Source of the DNA: Bilabrum cf. latius
Lineage: Eukaryota
Direction: 5' to 3'
DNA length: 64,000 nucleotides
Assembly (NCBI GenBank): GCA_965178125.1
Contig: OZ237740.1
Coordinates: 992,001-1,056,000, forward strand
Numbering within the stretch: position 1 is the stretch's first letter; each line of letters opens with the position of its first letter. The notes beneath the pieces are model-generated. The model saw only the letters and a program-made list of their open reading frames with translations. It made no database searches and was not told the origin of the DNA. Shown one piece after another: positions 54,215 through 64,000 of this stretch. A program made the translations under genes and the position numbers.

Positions 54215-56200
54215 ATGGAGGAATCTTTCTCAGCTGGGCCTAAGCGAAGGTGGCGACTTTGCCGAGCTGGCACTGGCGTGCTGCGAGGCGCTGCGACATA
54301 GCGGAGACGGTACAAGACACCGAGCACTCCATCACAACCGATAGATGGTTCTGCTGCTCAAGCTCGCGGCAGAACGGACGTGCATGAAGCCAAACACAAC
54401 GACTCGCACTTTTATTCTTCCAGTGAGGCGCCCGCCAGGCGCTTGCATTCTAAGGTGGCTGAGAGAATCAACAGTAAGTTCGGGGCCCGTCAACGACCCC
54501 CGAAATCAGTAGTATCAGGGAATTTGACAGCCCGAAGCAGTGAAACTAGTAAAAGCAAGGAGTCCAAATCGTCTGGTAGCAGTGGGGAGTAGGAATACTA
54601 GAAAACTGCGCTGCAGCTCGCTGCGGCACACCTCCCGTCGTTGTACGGGCAAGCGCCGAAGGAGCAAACGAAGCCAACCCTGCCAACGGTGAGAAAACGG
54701 CTTGGAATCGGAGCATCATTGAGTCTTCATGAGGTATCGGATATCAATAGGGAACACGGGAGGATGATGTTTGGTCCGGACATGGATAACCCGGACCCTC
54801 AGTACGTGCCAAAGCTCATGAAGGAGACGGGCTATTCAAGGCGCCAGCTCTACGAACTGTTCATGCAATTCAAGGCTTTGTGTGCAATGAGTCCATCGAC
54901 AGAAGGGATCGATCGGGAGACGTTTCGAAGGGGGATTCCCGTGCTCATGGCAGAAGACCACGGCTTCGTGGAGCGCGTATACGACCTGCTGGACGAGGAC
55001 GGGTCTGGCACCATCGAGTGGGATGAGTTCATCACCGCAATGGCAAAACTCGACAAGGGAACAAGACGATAGAGGGCCAGCTTCTTGTTCGACGTGTACG
55101 ACCTGGACGGCGGGCAGACTCTGGACACGGACGAGCTTCTCGAGATGCTGCTCTTCAGCCTGCACATCAAGCCGGAGGATGCTAGCAAGCAGCTGCTCGA
55201 TTTCCTAACAGAGATGACCGAAAAGATACTCGCAGATGTTGATGTTAACCACGGTGGGGAGCTTGCCAGGCACAAAATCCTTGACTTCGTGGAGCAGCAC
55301 CCGGAGATAGAGGACGTCTCGAAGATTTTCGGGCGGGGGATGATCCCCACGTCCGGGTTCCTGGAGATGCAGCAGCTGTTACGGCATTCAGAGGGGAGAA
55401 AACGGATTCGTACATTTACGAAAGCAGTGCAGGACTCGGACCAGGAGATAGAGGCATCGCGGTCCCTCTTGAACTCGCAGCGGCCCAGCTTCCGGTTCGG
55501 AGACCACATCGCGCGGGTGGCCTCCATGCGGCTCAAGCAAGCCCGGTTCGCGGCTGATACGACCGACGACGAAAAATCAAGCAAAGAAGAATCGAGGCCC
55601 TCGACATCGCGGGAGGGCGCGTCCTCGGGAACAGGAGGAGCACAGGATCCACCCGAGGGACCCTTGGCCGCTCGCGGCTTGGGGGAGCGCAAGCCCAGCA
55701 AGAAGGCCCTCCTGCAGGCGGCTGGTCTGATGTCTCTTGGAGATATTGATGGGAAAACACCGCAGGTGCGCATATACTCGCGGCCGTCGGTCGATCCAGA
55801 ACCAAGCAAGACCCTGGGCAGGCGCAAGCTCTCCAAACAGCAGATCCTCGCCCGCAATGACCCGAGGCGGGCAAGCACCGACATCCTCATGGAAGGCTTC
55901 ATCCGGCAGTCATCGAAGACTTCCATCAAGGACGTGTTGCCCGCGGAGTTTGAGAGGCGTGACAGCAAGAGGAATCTCTCCGACATGAAGCCGCCCCCAA
56001 CTCGGCCCGGGGGACGCGCTCCTGGCACTGCGCCATCCTCGTAGGCTGACGTGCTGAAGAGCGCAGAAGGTGCCGCAGACGGTGGGATGGAAGGCATTGA
56101 AGACCTCATTGACACGGTTCTCGAGCATGACGAGGGAGTCAGTGACAGCGATTCTTCGGACGAGGAGGACCTGCCAGAGGCGACCCTCGGCGATTTGTGA
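54215..56200 (+). CDS. EF-hand calcium sensor (calcineurin-B/NCS-like) with long disordered extensions
   Basis: ETGYSRRQLYELFMQFK; EF loops DEDGSGTIEWDE and DLDGGQTLDTDE. Five TAGs, one within GTRR-Q-RASFLFDVYD. TGA 56198. Confidence 0.85.
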
Positions 56201-56304
56201 CAGCGCCAACAAGATAGCACCACCGCGAACCTGATGCAATGGAAAGATTTCCTACTGTGAGCAAAATTCCATCAGTAAAATGTCTTGGCAATCGACAGCG
56301 TCGC

Positions 56305-58482
56305 TCACACAGCGCCGCCTGCGGCCGCAGACTTGGCGCCGCCGCCGGCTGCCTTCTTGCCCACCGCGAGCGGCCGGTTGGCCATGTATCGCTCCACGAC
56401 TTCGTCCGTCACGCTCGCCCTGGCCTTCTAATGCTCACCGACGATCTCCTGCAGAACTTGGACGAGCCTGCCCTTGACCTCGCCCGTGAGCATCTCCCCC
56501 GCCGCGTACTTGCGCCCGATGGCCTCGAGCTCCTCGTCGTCCTCCAGGAAGAACCGCAGGTACTGGTAGGCCACGTCGATCTCTATGTCAGCACCCTTTT
56601 CTCGCTGCTCCTCAACGCTCTCCTGCCCGCCGCTGAATGCACCGCCAACCTTTTTCTTGATCTGCTTGGCCGTGTCCGTGACGTAGATCGTGGACGACTT
56701 GGACGACGCCGACATCTTGGTCTTGGGGCCCTGCAGCGAAGGGAAGAACTTGGAGTGGATCAGCGCCGGTTTCTCATACCCGAGCCGAGGCGCCACGTCC
56801 CTCGTAAGCCGGAAGTAGGGATCCTGGTCGATGGCCTGGGGGATGAGGCAGAGCATGTTCTTGGCTCCGCTCAGCGCCGTCGGGAAGGACGAGGAGAAGC
56901 TCGGCGCTGCCTGGACCGCAGGGAATCCAATGCACCCAATGTTTGTGTGGTTGTCGAACCCGAAGACTCCCCTGGCCTGGTTGAACGTGACCTTCTTCCT
57001 GATCTTGCAGATGTTGGGGTACATGTGCCCGATGTAATCCAGGTCGCTGAAGATGAACGTGCTGTCCTCCTTGAAGCCGCAAGCGATGATATCCTTGGCG
57101 TTCTCCTTGCCTAGCTCGTGGCAGTCCTCCAGCTCCAGGTCCTTGAACAGGAACTTCTCGTCGTCAGTCAGCTGGATCACCAGTGGCACCCCGAATGCTT
57201 CCTGCAGGTACTGCGTGAACTAAAAGGGGATCAGGTGCCCCATGTGCAGCGAGGACGAGGAGGGACCTCTGCCCGTGTATAGGTAGAAGGGCTCCCCACG
57301 CTCGTACCGGTTCAACAGCACGTCCAGGTCGCGATGGGAGAAGAAGAGCCCACGACGCAGGAACCGATGCGCCCGCCGGTTCGTCAGGCGCTCCACCCTG
57401 CTGATCAGGTCCTCGGTGATAGCCATGCAGCCGAACTCTCGAATCAGCTTCCCGTAGTCGACCCCTTCCTCCCCGGCGTCCACTGCCCACGGCGTGATCG
57501 TCTGCCCTCCCGATGGCTCCACCGCACCACTCTCGTCAGATGCCGGTGCCGCCGCTACTGCTGCGGCCGTGGTCGCTGCTGCTGCCGGGGCACTGCTACC
57601 AGATCCAGGTGCCTCCGGTCCCTTGCCGCTGCCTTTGGCCTTGCCCTTCGGCTTGGCAGCCGCGCCGCCACCGGCGTGCGCCGCATCAGCCCCAGCCCCA
57701 GCCCCAGCGGCCGGTCCTTTCTTCTCCTTGACTGGGGGGGCGACAAACACCTCTGCGGCTTCCTCCTTCGACATGAGACCATCTGTGGGTCCGTCTTCCA
57801 CGGCAGAAGCGCCTTCGTTCTGTGATACCGAAAGTTTTAGCTGGAGCAGCTGCTTCTTAGCCTTGAAGCTGAAGGAGACCACCTCGACCTCGCCGATGCC
57901 GCTGGTGTTCGACAGGAGTGGGTCCGCAGCCCAAACGGATGTCAAGCCAGGAAAAGAGGCAATTCGAATCGTGTCGGATTCTTTCCCAAGAAAACGGTTC
58001 TGGAAGCAATGCGGAAGCCTCCCGAAGCGGTCATCGCTATCAGCAACTGGGATGGTAGCCGCACTAATGGGCTGGCCTGCTCGCGAGTACTCGACGGCAG
58101 CCTGGATTGCCTCTCGCACATCTGATTCATTACTACCGATCTCCTGCGAAGCCAAGCTGGATGGTAGCGCAGCAATGGACGGTCCAACTGCCAGCCCGGC
58201 AGCAGCGCTTGCACTCCTAGCAGGATCTCACTTTGCTTGGAGTTGTAATCTGTAGGGTAAACTTGTCACCCTTGTCGGCTTTCACCTGCTTGATTGCTCC
58301 GACAGAAGCTACCTTTAGTGCCTTTGAGAGAATTCCCTGCGACGAGAAAGGAGGCGCGAGCAAACACAAGGGGTACGTGACATACCTTAATGGTGAAACG
58401 CATGCCGGCTTGTTCTCACATGAAGAATATGAGCAAATGTTGACTATGCCAATGACAAACCGGCTGATGCTGCTGCTGCCAT
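56305..58482 (-). CDS. WARS1: Cytosolic tryptophanyl-tRNA synthetase with N-terminal AlaX-like domain; exons 58482-58420, 58336-58232, 58143-56305
   Basis: [54 protein letters not shown] at 58444, 57220, 56428. Two GTGAG...CGCAG introns; TGA at 56305. Confidence 0.95.
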
Positions 58483-58628
58483 GACGTAATTCGCGAATGA
58501 AACAAGGCTGTGGATCAATGCAGAATGCACTCATCACACTGGCTACTGGCATTCGCCGGAGTTTCATCGAATTCATTTGCATGAAGAAACATTCATTCCC
58601 TCTGCACCAACAACTAGTGTTTTGAAAT

Positions 58629-59504
58629 ATGGCTCAAGTTTCGTCTGACTCGGCTGCAGGGCCAGTCGGCTAGCATTCCCGGCCCGATCGGCTCGACACA
58701 AAAGACTTTGTTGCAGATGGATTTCCAAGCGACTCAGGCTTTTACGATTGGCATGCTATCTTTCCAGACCTTGTGGAATCTGTTGTTCCACACATTGGTG
58801 CCATGCGAGCCGAGGCGCTGAAGCTGGGTGATGTTTGGACCCCTTGGCCGGAAACTAAGCTGTACAAGGCAGCGGAGGGTGCTCAATGGAGGGTGATGCC
58901 GTTCTGTTACACGTTTCCTTCGAATGATCCGTCTGCAACACGGTGGGTAGAGCCGGCGGCGGGCCTGTGTCCGACTATCTGGTCGGTTCTCAAATCGGTG
59001 CCGGGCGTGCGAACCGCTCTCCTCTCAAGAATGGGGCCTGGGACGAAGCTTTCGTACCACTAGGGGTGGGCAGAGCTAGCCAACCACGTTCTTAGAATTC
59101 ACGTGGGTTTGGAAATCCCAGGCAACGGCAAGCAGTGCGGTGTGGCAGTGGACGACGTGCACCAGCACCACTAGCAGGGTGGCCTGCTGTGCTTTGATGA
59201 TTCGCGAAAACACATGGCATACAACACGACTGGAAAAGACAGGTACGTGCTCATTTTCGATATCGCACGGCCGTCCTACGTCCCGGGCGGCGTCGCGGTG
59301 CTGGGCAGAACGGATGAATTGGACGCGTTCATCGACTACTTTGAGGCCGGGATGCGAGCGGGTGCCTCGGCTCCAGCAAAATCACATGCCGTGGGGGCTG
59401 TTGATACGAAAGAAGCCAGCAAAGACCGTTCGTGCAGCGCAGCGTCGGGGTCCGAGGCGGTTGAAGCTTCTGACCGCCTAGCGGCCGAGCCCAAACTCTC
59501 CTGA
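58629..59504 (+). CDS. Aspartyl/asparaginyl beta-hydroxylase-family 2OG-Fe(II) dioxygenase
   Basis: CPT...RTALLSRMGPGTKLSYH-Q-GW...LRIHVGLEIP...FDDSRKHMAYN...RYVLIFDI.RP. TAG at 58671, 59061, 59172; TGA 59502. Confidence 0.88.
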
Positions 59505-59587
59505 TTGATCACTCCCACTACACGATCAGGTGAATACTCAAAATCTTGAATTCAATTTAGTATAGCGATAGCCCGACCGGCATGTAT

Positions 59588-60046
59588 TCACGTCCCTCGA
59601 TCATCCGCTGCACCACTGGCAACGCCATCGCTCGTACTCTGATTTGGCCGATCCGCGCTACTTCGGGTCTCGTCCTGCAGAACAGCATCTTTAACCTATG
59701 CAGCGTCTTGCCTACTGGGAACTCGGGAGCCATCCACGCGAGCGAATCCCCCCGGGGCGGGTATGGTGGTTGAACTCTGCTTCACATACATAAGCTCATG
59801 GCCCCTCCCCAGCTTTGTGTTGCCATCACCTGGCCGCAAAACTGTCAATGCGTGGCCCTTTACGCTAGATGGTCCTCCAACTGTGGGAACTACTCGATAC
59901 TTTGGGGTATCGCTGGACGGTGTTGAGTCGCTTCGGGGAGCTTGATACACTGCAGCCCCTGGGAGAGCTAGAACCGGCTCGTACTCTGGAACATGCACAT
60001 TCTACGGTACTTCAACCTTTCTGCTTGAACTAGATTGGGCACCCAT
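59588..60046 (-). CDS. Small hypothetical protein (152 aa) with N-myristoylation motif
   Basis: ATG 60046 gives MGAQSSSS (MGxxxS). TAG at 60002 and 59696; TGA at 59588. Confidence 0.6.
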
Positions 60047-60326
60047 CGTGACACCACGCAATGTGCACTGTTCAGGCTGTCATTCATCAATCACCGAAAC
60101 GGAAACCGCAGCGACCTCGTCACACCACTGCCAGTGGCGACCACCGCCGGAGGCGATGGCGGCGGCCAGATCCAGCCTCCGCCTTCCTTGGCAAGCTTCG
60201 ATGGCAACTGCAATGCTGCATGGTGTTGCTGCGCTTTGTGTCCCGCCGCCACTCTTGATTTTTGTCACTTGCCACTGCCGGCAGCAGCAGTCCGGACTGC
60301 TGCTGCCGACATCTTCTTCACCGGCT

Positions 60327-63300
60327 TCATTGCCTCCCTTCCCCCCACCGCGCCCTGATCCACCGCAACTCTCCCCTCTGCGATGGCCTCTTCTCCCCCT
60401 TGGCTCGGAAGGACCCGTCCTCCACCGGCCTGTCCCCCCTGTCCTCGTGCAGCCCCTCGAACCGGTCCTTCCCCATCTCGCCCTCTTCCTCGCCCCCACT
60501 GGCATGGGCAGACTCTGAATCGGAGCCATCGCGCCCAGCCCTGTCGGTTTGATTGTCCACGGGCCTAGCTGCATCAGATGCATCGCCTGGCTTGGCCGAG
60601 CCAGCACCTGCACCAGACGCAGACCCGTCGGTAGTCTAGGAACCGATCTCGCCTTTGGTCTCACCACCGGGGATCTGTGCCCCCTCTGATTCTCCTGTAC
60701 TTTTAGTTGTGTCTTCCCCATTTGCGGTACCTGCTCCTGCCCCACTTGCACTTGTCCCTGCTCTTGCTCTTTGCGATGCCGGCGCACCGCCCGCAGGCCC
60801 GGCTACTGCTCCGATGGCATCCTCAAGGCTCGGAGCAAGCCCGAAGTGGCTCAAAAGCATCGAAAGAGCAAAGCTCAGAAGCATCGTGGCGTCGTCGATC
60901 GCCAGCCGCCATCTGCTCTCGAACGCTGCCCAGGCCCCGTCCCGCCGAACGGCGGCCAGGACGCCGCTGCTGTCCTCGGTCTTGGGGAGCAGCGGCGCTT
61001 CGAGCGACTCGCTCAGCGCGTCCAGTTTTAAATCCCCGCGCGCATTCCTCAATACCTAGCTGGCACCCAGGACGCCCTCCACGGCCTCCTGGTCCGTTGG
61101 GAGGTTGAGCTCCGCCTTGGGACGAGCGAGACGGTGGGCAGAGTCCCGCTGCGCCTCCAGCTCCCAATCGATCACCGGAGGGTGCAATGCACTGCCGCGT
61201 GCGGCTGCCCTCTCGCATTGGGAGTGTGCGGGCTGTCCCGCTTCCTGCACGCGGTGCCGAAGACCCCCTGCGGCACCGCCCTCGCCCTCGCCCTCGCCCC
61301 CGCTGCCGCCGCTCTTCTCGCACAGCCTATCGTCGGCAGTCTCCTCCAAAGCCATGTCTAGGAGAAGCCGGACGGGACCGTCCAATTCCAGAACGCCGGG
61401 GACTTCCACCTCCTCCAGGCGACGGACAGGCTCTGGAGGCTCCAGACCCAGCTCTTGTTCCCTGGAAGCGGCGGCCTGGGTCAGCGCCCTCCCCCTCGCT
61501 GCAGCCTCGGCCATTGAGGCCAGCCTGTCACGGGTGGTGCCACCCAGCGTCTGGTTGACCGACCTCAGGATGCCGATGGACCGCAGCACGAGCAGCACGT
61601 CCCTAGGAAGTGCGCGGAAAAACGCCTTGGCCTGGTCCTCGTCCCAGCCCTCGAAGCGCTTGCGGAGCCGCTCCAGCTCCTTGATGGATAGCGCAAATCC
61701 AAGGCGGGCACCGGAAGATGCCGGCCTGTAGGTAAGTATGAGGCTTAGGACGTCGAAATAGTCCTTTGCCGTGAGCTTGGTGCGCGCGGCAAGTGGGACA
61801 ACCTCGGCTGCGGGATCGCTGTCAGGCGCAGCGTTGCCCCCGATGCCTGCACCTCTAGAAGCTCCATCGCCCGCTGCTGATGACGCGGCGCCGCCCGGCG
61901 AGTCCTCCGAAGGAGTCGCCTGGGCTTTGGCTAGGCCGTCTGTTTCTACGACACCTGCCTACGCTGCTGCAGATTCGGCAGCTTGCTGCACGTTGCCACT
62001 GCTGTCAGCAGCAGCACCCCTTCGTCCGACGCTCGCCGGTTCCTGCTCCTCTTCCTCTTCATCCTCCTCTTCATCAGTAAGCCCCATGCGCCGGCAAGCA
62101 TCGGCACCAAGCTCCATGTCGCCGTGCACGGCCGCGTACCACACGTCACACCACGCCCGTCGGAACGAAGGAGACAGCCTGCTGTACATGCCGTGGTCGA
62201 GCATCACGAGCTCGAACGGGCGGTCCACGCCACCGCGGTACATCTCCCCCGCGGCCTTCTTCGCGAACTCGCCCGCGGCCCGTGACATCTGCTGCCCGCG
62301 ATCGCCTCGACGCTTGGCTCCATCGCTCCTGCCAGATGCACGCTCTTCTCCTTCCCGCACTCGTGCGTCCGCGCCTTGCACGGCGGCATCGATGGCCTCT
62401 TTGGCCTCTTTGGCTCTCCTCTCCGCCTCTATTGCCTGCTGCCTCCAGGGCCCCTCCTCCCCGAGGGGCCGCACAAGGATGTTCCCGGGGTGAGGGTCGC
62501 AGTGCACCAGGCCTGCCTCGAACATGAGTGAGGAATAGGCAGCGATCACCCTCCGGGCCACCGTTTCGGGCCGCACGCCCCTCCTCTGCAGCTCTTGGTA
62601 GCCCTCCTTGGTGGGCTTGACCCCGCCCGCCAGCTGCATAGTGAGCACTCGGCGTGTCGTCAACCCCCAAGCCACGCCTGGCACCGCGACGGCTCCGTCC
62701 GCTGGACTAGATGTGAGCCAATCCCGCCACCCATCGGGGCCCCACCCGCGGCCACCAGCCGCATCGCTCCGCGACATCCACGAAGCAGACGGCGAAGACG
62801 ACGCCAACGACGAGGACGAGGCATCCGAGTCGTTGCCACCGCCCACGCTCGCCGCTCCGAACCGACGAGACATCGCCGCCCGGGCCCTCGCGGCGTTGTG
62901 ACCCTCCTGTGCGAAATCCAGCTCCAGCGCCAGCACCTGCTCGTAGTCGGGAAGCAGCCACTTGTAGTCGTGCTGCGGAAACAGCCAGGCAAGTGCCCCG
63001 GCGATCGCTCGCATGCCGAGGATGTCGCCCAGCGCCCGGCCGGCTAGCCCCGGATACTGGACCTTCACTGCAACCTCTTGGCCTGCGGCACGAGAGCTTG
63101 ATGAGCCACTGGCAGGCACACCGCCGTTGCGCAGCCTAGCTCGGTGCACTTGTGCCAGGGATGCCCGGCCCAGCGGCTCGGGGTCGAACGTCTCAAACAG
63201 GTCGCTGCAGTCCTCTGCACCACACCTTAGCTCTCTGCGGGCCACAGCCAGCGCCTCTGATGCCGTGATTCCCTTCGCAGCGTCGGTGAGCTCTGATAGT

Positions 63301-63848
63301 GTCTTGGTGTACTCATCTGGCAGAGCGTTCGACATGGTGCTCGCATACTGCCCTGCCTTACAGTATATCCCTCCCAGTCCTTTGCACATCCGCAGCACCC
63401 GTTTAGCAGCAGCCAAGTTCAACGCCTTTTCTTGGAGAGAGAGCGCCTCGGCTTGATCGCCGTGCCTAGATTCCATGGCGGCTCGCGCAGCTAGGAACAG
63501 GGGGTCGCGAACCAAGGCAGGTGGGAGCGGTGCGCGCTTTGGCGGTTTTTGTTTCTGCGCACGCTTACGCTTCTTGCCACTTGTGGTACTGTCCGCATCG
63601 GCGGTCGAGGCTGGTGACGTCCAGCCAGGCCCCAGCGCAACCCCAAGCCTCTCAGCATGGCTCAAAACAAGCTATCGAGCCTCTTCATCGCACAATTTCC
63701 GAGTGCTCTTGTGTTTCTAGTCGTGGAAGTAATACCCTGCCCCGACGAAAGCTGCGGTGGAACCGGCCCAGAGAAATCGCCGAGAGCCTGACCAAGCCAG
63801 CTGCAGGTTTCGCAGAACGGACTGCGGCCCAGAAGTAGATGATTCCAT
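60327..63848 (-). CDS. ABC1/UbiB atypical kinase (ADCK1/ADCK5-like) with long insertions
   Basis: GGIYCKAGQ, PLGRASLAQVHRA, VAVKVQYP, ELDFAQEG, VHCDPHPGNILV, MLDHGMY, LPRDVLLVLR..ILRSVN..LG. TAG at 63717, 63672, 61959, 61056, 60636; TGA at 60327. Confidence 0.9.
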
Positions 63849-64000
63849 GCGAATATAGCACAGAGATCGAGCTAGGTATTCTTGTTGTGACGCGGAGTTC
63901 AAATTTGAGATAGTTTTTTATTGCTGACGTGCCGTCAAACGAGAAGGAGAACAGATTATCAGTCTTGGATCATCATGCCACAGTGTGGACACACAAGCCA

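Overview
Compact, GC-rich eukaryotic (protist-type) nuclear DNA with about 27 tightly packed genes, 14 predicted GT-AG introns and short intergenic spacers. Main result: the window does not use the standard genetic code. TAG occurs in frame about 110 times (hand count) in 25 of 27 gene models, including conserved Gln positions (DEAH helicase motif Ia T-Q-PRRVAA at 25061; TrpRS EH-Q at 56428). All genes end in TGA (24) or TAA (3), and I found no internal TAA or TGA. So UAG appears to encode Gln while UAA/UGA remain stops, and the supplied ORF track fragments almost every gene and misses one completely. Recognisable genes: tenascin-like EGF protein, TMEM144, MFS-like and Atg22-like transporters, LRR protein, twin-CX9C protein, MCMBP, PDZ protein, FGE-sulfatase-domain protein, DHX37, F-box/WD40, SPATS1-like, divergent ATG5, GRWD1, DUF1761, CFDP1/Swc5, EF-hand protein, AlaX-fused TrpRS, Asp/Asn hydroxylase-like protein, ABC1/ADCK kinase. 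Second result: a 4.38-kb, apparently young, non-coding element (38103-42482) with split direct repeats (A1...B1A2...B2) like tyrosine-recombinase retrotransposons, carrying about 21.6 copies of a 76-bp repeat. Third: a long, hairpin-rich intron in DHX37. All family assignments come from motif recognition by eye; no database search was run, and the organism cannot be identified from this window.
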